Shown: positions 51,053-64,000 of the stretch, in pieces
How positions within the stretch are numbered: the stretch's first letter is position 1
Layout: each line of letters opens with the position of its first letter
NCBI RefSeq assembly: GCF_009914755.1
Contig: NC_060947.1
Strand: one strand, 5' to 3'
Length of the DNA: 64,000 nucleotides
DNA from: the human T2T-CHM13v2.0 reference genome, Homo sapiens
Program-made: the position numbers and the translations under genes
The notes under the pieces: model-generated
Database searches by the model: none
Told to the model about the DNA's origin: nothing
The model's input: the letters and a program-made list of their open reading frames with translations, nothing else

Positions 51053-52902
51053 TCATTATAAGAATATATCATTCAAATTGGGGGACTTGTGGATCATTTC
51101 AACAACCATAAAGACACTTATTTTACAGATGCAAAAACTAAGAGAGGTGAAGTGACTTGTTCAAGGTTAAATATATATCTAGAGTTGGGTCTAGAACCTG
51201 AGCCTCTCCAGAGTTCCAATTCATTTCTCTTGTCTGAATTGAACAAGACTCTTCTTTCTTCACCCATCTCACCCCTACCAAAAATACTGAAAGAAATATC
51301 TTAATCTAAATCACTTGTGTTTTTAAATAGGGGGTTTTCCAAAAAAAAAAAAAAAACCCACAAAATTGAATTTACTCAAGCTTTCAATTGCTGTATTACA
51401 CCTTCCATGGATTTTTAGTTGTCAAATTATTTCTTATAGCAGGACAATAAGGTACTTTATTCTAAGGTACAAGTATACTAACAGTTTAATGTTTCATCCC
51501 CCACCTAAATGGCAGAGAGTGTTAATTCTAACAGGAGTCTTACATGTCTTACACTTTAGCAGTTTCAATCAAAAGATGAGCTATTTTACAATTTAAGGAA
51601 GAGGCCTTACACTGTTAAAATCTTGACCGATATGCTCAATGGCAGTACCATCATTGAATCTCCACCTGCTGCCTTACGTATCAAGAACATTTAAAAGTCT
51701 TTCTTGTTAGAGACAAAATAAAAGAAAAACTAAGGTGACAAGCGACTATGAGAAATAAGGCTTTAATCAGGTTAAATTTGCATTATGCAGCCTGCATGAA
51801 TTTAGAGGTCCTAGAATCAAAACACTAGAAGGAACCTTTGATATGCTCTAGTTCAACAGACTGATTTTTGCAGAAGAGGAAACTGAAGCGCTGATGAGAC
51901 CATTAACTGATAAAGCAAACCGCTTACTTTTTCAAAGGGATTCATTTCAATGCCATTTTACCCTTATTTTGCATCTCACTGTTGTTTCTCAGAGCGACGA
52001 TTGACCTTTTTTTAGGTGAAAAGAGCGAATAGAGCGTATTAATTTCAAGAGGGTGAAAAATGCCTTTGAAGGAGGAGATGCTGGAGTGAAGAGGAGAAAT
52101 GACGTCTTATTTAAAATATGTAACCCCTTGATGGGGTTAGACAATGAATCATATTCTCCTAGATTTTTCTATGTCTATAGACATCAGCCACAGTTCTTTC
52201 AGGCACTCAAACGAGAGGAAGAGGAAGTGAATAAAGCTCATACTAAATATATAGCACCCACTGAAGGCAGGGATGTAGACAGAAAGAACGGGGGTGGGGG
52301 AAGGAAGGAAAGCACGCTTCGCCAGGATCCAGCTGTTTTCTAACAAACCTAAGCCTACGGAAGCTAGGAAGATATCGGAAGCAAGGAAGATATCGGAAGC
52401 GACGGCATCCCTCAAATTCGAGAGGGCGGATGCCTCTAGGGCTAGAGAGGCTCCCTAGCCCTCAGTTACAGAGCGACTGGGAGGGGACAAAATGGAGTTG
52501 AGGTTTAGGGGCACCCTAAAGGTCGTTTGGAGGTCTAGCAAGCACTTCATGGTCTCCTCCGGAAAGGGCCGTGGCAAAGCCTAGTACCCCGATCAGGAAG
52601 ATGACTTCTGGCCCTCGGGATGCGGTGAGCGGCAGGAAGAGGCAGGCTGGGGTTCCGAGGACCCCAGAGTCCATCACAGGAGCAGATACAGTGACCTCGG
52701 GAATCTTCCCGGCCCCAGCGGAGGCGAGCGGATAGATAGCCCTGGCTCAAGGAAAAAAGCGAGCCGACTCCAGGAGCTGGAATGCCCACCCAACCTCCTC
52801 CCGGCTCAGGTGAGGTACGCCAGTCCCCCTCTGGAAATGGGGCCCTGGTACCGACAGGGCAGGGGTGCCGGGGCCGCAACCTCCCCATCCAGGGATACTC
52901 AC

Positions 52903-53090
52903 CGGAGGGGCGGCCCACCGCGTCTTCGCAGCCGGCCGGCGCCTGGCACTCGGAAAGCTCGCAAAAAGGAACCGCGTGCCCGCTAGCGCTGGGACGAGGA
53001 GGAGCGCGCGGCGGAGGCCAGAGAAAAAGCCGCAGCGGCGCGCGCGCACCCGGACAGCCGGCGGAGGCGGGACTCAGCGCGAGCCCGGAA
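52903..53090 (-). other. ACSL4: ACSL4 non-coding exon 1 (TSS approximate)
   Basis: GC-rich, inside the CpG island, consensus donor CCG|gtgagt at 52902; no ATG. Confidence 0.85.
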
Positions 53091-53104
53091 AAGACGCGCC
53101 CGGA

Positions 53105-53212
53105 GGGGCGGGCGGAGCGGGGGCGCGCGGTGGTGTGGCAGAGCCAGCCGAATCGCTGGCTGCAGACGGCTCGGCCCACCCACGCGCCCGCCCCCGCTCG
53201 CCCGGGACGTCA
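53105..53212 (-). promoter_or_regulatory. Proximal promoter motifs: GC boxes (Sp1/KLF; ~53105-53115, ~53187-53195) and CRE-like TGACGTCC (53205-53212)
   Basis: Motif matches immediately upstream of exon 1. Confidence 0.7.
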
Positions 53213-54107
53213 GTCGAAAAGGCGGAGCCGAACGGGCTTCCCGGGGCGCGGGAGGGGCGCTGCGAGGAAGGCGAGGCGGCTAACGGCTCGCCTCAAGTTG
53301 TTGCTCCCGCTGGCGATCCGCTTCTGTCAGTCTCGCTGCTGGTGTCGTTGAGTGTGTTTCGGGATGTCCTTGCGCCTAACAGCAGTGAGGCGCAGAATTG
53401 GCCCACGCCCTCACCTGCGGCTTGCTTCGCAGGACTCCACCCCAGGATAAAAGTTCCCCTCGGGTCATCTTCCAGCTGCCCTCAAAAGACACTCATTTTT
53501 GGGTTTCACTGCTCCTCTTTAAGAGAGCTATCTTGAACACTTTGACTAAAAGCATCTTGCTCCTGTAAGCCTGAACTAATGCCTCTCATCCGTTTATCTT
53601 GCCTCTTACTGCGTTAAGATCCCCGCTCACTCCCACTGATGAAATATCACAAGGACGCAGGATTTTCACGTTGTCTTTCATTTCCACGATGGTATCATGG
53701 CAAAAAAACCCCCAACTGATAAGGAAAAGTCACCGCAGCTTTGTGACATCTTACTAGCCCTGATCATTGCTTATAAGCCGGTCATACGAATGCTGTTCCA
53801 ACAGATGCAAGAAATTGCTATTAAAATTAAAATGCCAGCGAACTATCTGAGGGCTTCAAAAGGGACAGACCATAATTGCAAATGAGGCCTGATAAACTGC
53901 CAAGAATATATCACCCAAAAAAATAAATCTCAAGAATTCTTCCAGTTCCCTGATGCGTAATGGTGAACTAGCTTCCTGTTCCTGATGGTAATTGACATTT
54001 CACTTCACTTGCTGATTTCCATTTTCCCATAGAATTACCATTTGTGCTTGTGTGTGTGTATATATATATGTATATATAAAATGCCTTACCACCTGAGATT
54101 ACAAGCT

Positions 54108-54265
54108 AGAGTAGTTCTTCAGTGTGCATCACAATTATCTGGGGTGCTTGTTGAAATGTAGGTACCTGGAGCTACAACCCCCAGGTATTTTGATTCTGAT
54201 CTGGGTAGGGATAAGAAATTTGAATTTTTAATAAGCAGCCCAGGTGACACTAAAAGTGGTTAGCT
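54108..54265. mobile_element. MER5A-like hAT-Charlie element
   Basis: gcatcacaattatctggggtgcttgttgaaatg...tttaataagcagcccaggtga. Confidence 0.7.
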
Positions 54266-55239
54266 GAGAGCACAGAGCTATAGTTTTTGTGTTACTACTC
54301 TAAAGCCATATTACCAATTCAATTTCCAAGAAACCCACCCACTTACATATAATATACCTATAAATATTGCTAAGACAGTCATGTAGCTTCCTTTTTCAAA
54401 ATTGACCTACAAAGTTCAGTACTTCAAACAACGAGTTTAATTGTCATGTTTATTTTATGAAATCTTGTTTTAATACCAGAAATAAGCAATCATATGTCAG
54501 GTACGTAATTCACTGGGTAACTATGATGTACAGAGCACTATCACCTACAGTTGGGTTAACACAAATGAAATTGAAGAAATGAATATCGCTGTTCTCAATA
54601 AAGTTAGTGTCTAGTTGTGGAATTAAAATATAGATATAATACAAACCCAGTGTAGCACATAAATCAGTGTGCTGGATGAAGATGAAAAAGAACTTGTAAT
54701 TAAAGAGTACTTTTGCCAGTTTCCTTTATTGTCGGTCTCTTAGCCCAGACATTTTCAATTAGGTAATTTCCTCTGAACAGAGTCTTCAGCTTACTGAAGT
54801 TCCTCCAGCTCTACAAGATATAAAGGAAAGAAATCACTATAGCCTGAAACTATCCGTTTTTTGGTATACAAATGTGTGTATGATATACATATAGATATGT
54901 TTATCAGACCAAGAAACTACTTGGATTTTCAAGATCTCTTATTACTTAAGCTATTCATTAGTGTGTACAGTTCTGGCTGTCTTCATCACCTACCACATCT
55001 CACCTTCTTCCACATTTAACTGCACCCAAGTTGAAGAGGAAAGAAGAACTATACCTCCAAAAAGGAAACCAAGTATAACCACGCTATTTCCAGCTTTCCT
55101 TTTTCGGAGTCAAAACAAACCTTGCTTAATTTCTTGTCATCAGAAACCTTCCAGAAATTACTGCCCAGGAGCAAAATATTTCCCAAGCAGCTGTCTGACA
55201 TTTTAAAGAGAACATTTGCAACGTTGTTTATTAGTTAGG

Positions 55240-55395
55240 AAGATAGGGTATTATTATCCCTATTTCACAGATGAAGAAATAGATGCAGGTTAAGTGTCTT
55301 GTCCAGTCACACAACTAAGTAGTAACAGAGCCTGAATTTCCTACTACACTGCTTATGACTCCTAGACCAGGGTGCTTGCCGCTACATTAAGCTGC
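55240..55395 (-). mobile_element. MIR
   Basis: attattatccctatttcacagatgaagaaa core. Confidence 0.75.
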
Positions 55396-56679
55396 CTCTG
55401 TAATGAGTCCTACCCAGAACTACCAACCCAATTAGAAATGGAGTAGATAAACGTATGGAAATGGAAGAGTTAGGAAAATGTACAATGCAATTGACAGATT
55501 CAAAATGCAATGTAATAAGTACTAAAAGCATGAGAATTAGTCTGTTAGAAGCTAAACAGAATTTAAAGGACAGCTCTGTTAACAGGCACTGATATTTAGG
55601 CCTTGCCTATTTTATTATTCTGTAACAAGAAGCTGAAACAGATAGCCAGGCTGCTCTTGGCATTAGTTATTTATGGAAGGGCAGAAAACAACTGTTCTTC
55701 ATTGACTGTGTAACAAGCCTTTGCGTGTTAAACTTCACGGGTTTGTAGAATAATAATAATTTTCTCCTGTGGTCTAAATACAAGCAGCAGGGCTTCATAA
55801 TAATATTTGCATTGACAAGTTGTGTTAGATTTTGTCATTAACAAACCTTATTTTTTGCAGACCCAACAACCAGGCCAAATATTGTCTTTAGTGGCTTGTG
55901 TTAAACAACCGGTGAAATCAGAAACCTACGTAGATGATCATCTCACTGTGAACATAAATAATAACCTAAGCCACTCCTTTCAAAAATGATCAAAGGCATA
56001 GTAGCTACATCTAAATGTTATTTTTGAGAAATGATTTGTTTTTTCAAAATAACTATTTCTTTTCATTCTGGCACATTTTTCAGGTTTTTAAATTAATGGA
56101 AACACCAAAACAAATAGACATCTAGTGCACCCAGATAGGAAGACACAGTATTGCATGGAGTCAAGTTTTTCCAAATTAATCCGTCAAGACAGTGTGGTCC
56201 ACATCAAAATCACAGCAGGATTTTAATGGAACTTAATTTCGGTTTCTCTCATGAAACTCATTTGTCCTTTTTAAAGATAACTACAACACCCTCTAAATAA
56301 AATCCTCCACAGTTATCCTTGAAATTGTTTGTGTGACCTTCCCATAAAGAATCAAAAATAACAAAATATTTTTATTATCCATAAGGCCATGAGTATGTGA
56401 AAAATCTATTGTGGTTGTCATTGAATCTGTAAGAAAGTTGCCTTTGGTATATTTTTGCCCACTCTCTGTAGTGATTCTAGCCTAGTAATATTACAAAAAA
56501 AGATAGGTCATCAATTTCATAACTTGCCTTAAATCTCTTTTTATTATGCTTTCCCTTTAACATACAAAAAGCTTCCAATATGTCCTATTCTTAAAAGACC
56601 AGTAAAATAACAAAATTTTAAAATGTCCCTTACTCAAAATCTTCGACTATTAGTGCTGGGAAGCCACTTAGATGCAGAG

Positions 56680-56885
56680 TAGCACGATGGAAACCATATG
56701 GGTTTGGACTTAAGCCAACCACCCTAGACCAAGTTATATAACATTTTCCTGAGCCTCAGCCTCTTCTGTAAATTGGGGATAATAATGGTACCTCATTCAT
56801 AAGACTCTTCTGAGGGAGGATTAAATGAAATCATGCCTATAAAATTCCTGATTTATGGCAAGTGTGTATAAAATGATGGCTATTA
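56680..56885 (+). mobile_element. MIR
   Basis: gagcctcag...ctgtaaattggggataataatggtacctc...ggattaaatga. Confidence 0.78.
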
Positions 56886-57464
56886 ATCACCAAGTTCAAC
56901 CTCTTCATTTCACAGATGAGAAAAAGGAAGCTAGAACCAGAACAATCTTTCTCCAGATTCTCCTATTCAGTAACTTTCTTTACAACTAAGGACAAATTCC
57001 TTGAGAAGTGGTCTACAGCCACTTCATTCACTAAGTCACTATCTGACCTCCAAGTTAATCTCCATTCCCATCAATCCTACAAATATTCCTGTTGCTAATG
57101 CCGTCTATGAAATAGACAAACCCCATAATTATGCTTAAATAATTATGGGACTATTTCACTCTGAAACTGAGTGAATAGTCCCCACTGGGACTATTGGACT
57201 GATTAAACCTTTGGATATTTATTCAAAGCATCCCTCTTCAAACCAAAATTCTGTAATAAAACTGTCTGCTTCACTTGGACCCTACATGGCACCTGATACA
57301 AGCCAAATTACTGTTATTCAAATAAAACATTTTTAACAATATGTTTGAATGAATAATTATTACTTTTAGAAATAGATATAAAAGATTATTAAATATTTTT
57401 AATTTTTCTTTTCAAGTTGGTAAGATCTTTAGATTGATAATATTCAATTTTGGCAAGAATATGA

Positions 57465-57827
<363 letters not shown>

Positions 57828-58702
57828 CTTTTTAAAAGACAATTTGGCAGTATCTTTTAAATTTTAAAATGCATATACTCTTTGACATTTTCATGTACAG
57901 GGCTCTACTATACAGAGAAACTTGAACAAATACACAAAGATCTATGCACAGGAATAGTAACCAGAGTATTATTTTAATAGTGAAAAATTAATCAAAAATC
58001 CCAAGTGTTCATTAATAGGAATGCGGTTAATACCTTATGGCATATCCATACTATGGAATACTGTGTTAGGTTAAAAAAAAAAAAAAGAATGAGGCACAAT
58101 TATTTAAATATCTATATGCAAACATAATGACATGAAATGATGTTTGTGATATATTATTAAGCAAATAAGAGCAATTTGCAGTTCGATACACATAATTCAT
58201 TCTCATTTTGAAAAAATATAAGTATATGTCACAGTATGTGTGTGCAGCAAACATCTGGAAAGATCTGTACCAGATCTGTACCAGATCTATTCCAGATAAT
58301 GAACAGTTGTTATCTCTACAGAAAGGGATCAGAGACTTCTTTATATACTTACTTCTATTGAGCAAAAGAGGTGAAGTGAACAGGCACTTCTTTTGTAATA
58401 TAAATAAGAATAAAGAGACAATCAGTGGAAAAATGAGCCTTACTGAATGAAAATTTGCTTTACAAATAGCCTTTCTGGAATGTGTTTAGCTTATGTACAG
58501 TGATGTACAGCTACAGAGAATTTGGGAACCTTCACTAGGGCCTATTTGCACCATGGCTCAATAGAGTATAGTCTTAGGGAGGACCAATTCCTAAGCTGTT
58601 CTAGATCATCCTACCTAAATTTTTGCCCTTTGGCAACAAAATTAGATTTGTTGAACTATTTCATAGATACCATTGAAACAAGCTTGTAAAAAGTTGAGGT
58701 TA

Positions 58703-59070
58703 AGACCAGGTGTGGTGGCCCAGGCCTGAAATCCCAGCTACTTGGGAGGGTGGGGCAGGAGGATCACTTGAGTCCAGGAGTTCAAGACTGACGCAGGAGA
58801 ATGGCGTGAATCCGGGAGGCAGAGGTTGCAGTGAGCCGAGACTGAGCCACTGCACTCCAGCCTGGGCGACAGAGGGAGACTCCATCTTAAAACAACAACA
58901 ACAACAACAACAAAATTAGCCAGGTGTGGTGGCAGGCGCCTGTAGTCCCAGCTACTGGGGAGGCTGAGACGAGAATGGCGTGAACCCAGGAGGCGGAGCT
59001 TGCAGTGAGCGAGATCGCACTCCAGCCTGGGTGACAGAGGGAGACTCTGTCTCAAAAAAAAGAAAAAAAA
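58703..59070 (+). mobile_element. Composite Alu: monomer fragment plus two right arms
   Basis: Alu consensus pieces, (AAC)n spacer. Confidence 0.88.
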
Positions 59071-60682
59071 GACCCTTCAGCTTCAATCATACCTCCCTTC
59101 CCCACACCCCATACCATACCTTGTTTCCCAGCATTGCAGAAGCTGCTATTTAAAAAAAAAAAAAAAAGTTAACCTAAGGCTGAAAGAAAGACTAAATACA
59201 GATACACAAGGAAAGCACTGATGCAAAGTACATTTGTAAATTAACAAAAAAGAAATGGCCATGGGGTAATAAAAATATCAAAATCAGATTTTCGGATAAT
59301 CCAGATCAGATCAGTTCCCTGATAAAGTTATCTGATAGTGAAATTTAATAGAGCCTTTATCTGCTACAGTGTTCAAGACGAGAAAACCTCTAAAATTGAA
59401 AAAAAAAATACTAATGTATCGACCATGTCAGCGACATTCATCTGAGATTGCTAGCCTTTCCCTTTCCATTGGCTTTTTGTATTAATCCCAGGATTATGAA
59501 CAAACTCATGCTGTGCTGTACCTAAATGCAACATAATCCTTCCCAGGTAGATCTTAAACTCCTGACTCCTCATCAGAGACTGAAGTTGCCAGTTGTACTC
59601 TTGTGGCAATGTGATGACCCAGAGCTCACTGGGGCCTATGTTAGAAGAAAACCCCTATAGTGGCAGGGCAGAATGACCTCACCATTTATTATGACTTTTC
59701 CCAAAATGGGAAAAAAAGGGGGGAGTTTCAAAACCCAGTACCTTCCTGTAGAAAATAAAATGCATCATCAGATTAAATGAAAATTAAAGTGTCCTCATTT
59801 GAGATCATCACAGACGTTACAGCATGAAAGACTGGAAAAATGCAGAAGATGAAAAGTGTTGTAGCTACTGAATAGGAGACAGTGCTATGTCCTGTCTGAG
59901 CCCGTTGCACCATGTTTGAAAAACAAACATCTATGACACACATTGCAAAACCTAGATTAAGAAACCTCAGGGCAGAGGGCAGATCATCACACGTACAAGT
60001 GTATCCAGGCACTTGGCCAGTACACAAAGAGGTGCATGGCTTCAGCACTTCGAAGTCTGTGTCCTTGGGCCTCTTTGTTTAAAAAAAAGAACTATTTTCA
60101 TGATACAGGTTTGATCAAGGCAACAGTTTTACTTTCTGTAAATGTAAACAAAGAAAGGATATGCATTTGCCTGTGAAATTTAAAGTGCCTAACACATGAA
60201 CTTTTCAAATAGAATGATAGAGCTGTAAAGAACTTTAAAGATCATCAAAAGTCCAGTCACTTATTTATTTAAAAATGAGGAAACTGGGGCTCCAAGAGGT
60301 TAAATAATTTACCCAAGGTTACAAAACTTGTTATTTCAGAACTGAGGACTGGAACACAGATCTCCTGACTCTCAGTTCAGTGATCACCCCACTTTGCCAT
60401 GTTGCCTACCTCATACTATTTCCTAGAGATTTTACAATATAACCATAAACAAAGTTATCATAACCACACTTTCTAAAGTGCCCTGATTTGCTTGGATTAA
60501 AAAATCAACAGGAATATCTAAGGAAAACAGAAAAAGATGATCTGTTGGATTTATGTGGAATATGTCTGAGGAAGCAACTGGAATTTTTGAAGAGAAAGAT
60601 TATTTCTTCTCCTTTACATAATTTGTTATGGAAAAAAGTCTAAACTTTTCCAATACATTTGTTATCATCTGGATGTGCTTAA

Positions 60683-61132
<450 letters not shown>

Positions 61133-61374
61133 TGAGCAAATATTCCAAGCCTGTAGACTTGATATCAGAAAGGAACTTCCCAGTGTAGCAGAAAATGTAA
61201 CACTCTCAGGGGTTAGGACCAGGAAGCCATTTGGGGCATTTGACAAATATAATTTTGTAAAAACAGCTTTCTCATTCTTGTTTGCTTCTGATCTTTCCAT
61301 CTTCTGTACTATATAACAGAAGCTGTAAAAGTTTAGAAATACCCAAATGTAAGAAATAAGCTACATTAAAAATG

Positions 61375-62765
<1,391 letters not shown>

Positions 62766-62985
62766 ATTAAAAAGAAATAAACTGCATCGAAAGAATGAAG
62801 CAAAAGATTGTAAACTTTCAATATTCAAAAGTTCATGTAATGAAGCATTAGAGAAGATACTGCAGAAAATAATATCTCAGAAAATAAAACGGAGTAGACC
62901 AAGTTCCCTTGGGGCAAAATTTAGGTTTGAAGAGTTATGAGGTGTTTTTCTCACTCATTTAACTTGGCTAATTTTCTAAGAATGA

Positions 62986-63274
62986 ATTTTTTTTTTTTTT
63001 TGAGATGGAGTCTCGCTCTGTCGCCCAGGCTGGAGTGCAGTGGCACGATCTCGGCTCACAGCAAGCTCTGCCTCCCAGGTTCACGCCATTCTTCTGCCTC
63101 AGCCTCCTGGGACTACAGGTGCCCGCCACCACGCCCGACTAATTTTTTATATTTTTAGTAGATACTGGGTTTCACCGTGTTAGCCAGCATGGTCTTGATC
63201 TCCTGACCTCGTGATCCGCCTGCCTCGGCCTCCCAAAGTGCTGGAATTACAGGCGTGAGCCACCGCACCGGGCC
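62986..63274 (-). mobile_element. AluY
   Basis: Reverse dimer, cacgccattc diagnostic; TSD ~agaatgaat. Confidence 0.93.
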
Positions 63275-63595
63275 AGAATGAATATTTTCTATATCTGCTT
63301 AGAACCCTAAGTGTTAAGACATAACATCTTAATTTGTTTTACTATAGCATCAATATTTTTATCTGTCCTCAAGGGTTTTTCTGCTTCTCTCTAATGGGCA
63401 ACATCTAGGGATAAAATTTTAATTATTTTATTAATTCAGCTTTAAATTTATAATTATGTGAATAAATTTTTATTTACATGCAATATAAACAAATACATCA
63501 TTTTGTGATCTAACCACATTTGCATACTATGTCATGTGTTCCTAAATGATGTGGCATTAAAAGTATAAATGGTTCTTTTAAAAATTCCATATTCT

Positions 63596-63920
63596 GGCCA
63601 GGTGTGGTGGCTCACGCCTGTAATCCCAGCACTTTGGGAGTCTGAGGTGGGCGGATCACCTGAGGTCAGGCATTCAAGACCAGCCTGGCCAACATGGTGA
63701 AACCCCATCTCTACTAAAAATACAAAAATTAGCTGGACGTGGTGGCAGGCACCTGTAATCTCAGCTACTCAGGAGGCTGAGGCAGGAGAATCGCTTGAAC
63801 CTGAGAGGCAGAGGTTGCAGTGAGCCGAGACCACGCCACTGCCCTCCAGCCTGGGTGACAGAGCGAGACTCTGTGGCAAAAAACAAACAAACAAACAACA
63901 AAACAACAACAAACAAACAT
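63596..63920 (+). mobile_element. AluS (partial antisense Alu follows at 63954-64000)
   Basis: Full dimer with (AAAC)n tail. Confidence 0.94.
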
Positions 63921-64000
63921 ATTCTACAACTTTACTCCCAAATTTAAATTTCCTTTTTTTTTTTTTTTTTGACAGGCTTGTCTCGAACTCCTGACCTCGT

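Larger units (their letters stand above)
52540..53430. promoter_or_regulatory. CpG island / TATA-less ACSL4 promoter
   Basis: Dense CpG and high GC against a CpG-depleted background; surrounds exon 1. Confidence 0.93.

Noticed and set aside
52547-53536. Several 100-223 aa ORFs on both strands in the CpG island
   Set aside because: Stop-codon scarcity in GC-rich DNA gives low-complexity R/G/P/A products; only the spliced exon-1 frame is kept as a hypothesis

Overview
Primate (most likely human, Xq23) genomic DNA containing the 5' part of ACSL4 (long-chain acyl-CoA synthetase 4) on the minus strand. Elements in transcription order: a CpG-island promoter and non-coding exon 1 (~52.9-53.1 kb), a ~37 kb intron 1, a 53-nt non-coding exon (15936-15988), an 18/15-nt microexon (5218-5235), an alternatively spliced first coding exon carrying both the long (MKLKLNV..., ATG 3277) and short (MAKRIKA..., ATG 3154) starts, and three further coding exons (2510-2687, 1057-1166, 789-927). 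The gene continues beyond position 1. The rest is intronic or upstream DNA with more than 35 Alus, L1/L2/MIR fragments and DNA transposons; most ORF-track entries are Alu or chance ORFs. Best second-look candidates, all unverified hypotheses: (i) a spliced, stop-free upstream frame that overlaps the short-isoform ATG, would be terminated by the microexon, and could be given an AUG by two cryptic intron-1 exons; (ii) a possible decayed exon pair in intron 1; (iii) several nested or chained inverted-repeat structures (4-176, 14749-15184, 57122-57195). Repeat boundaries and subfamilies were read by eye and are approximate.
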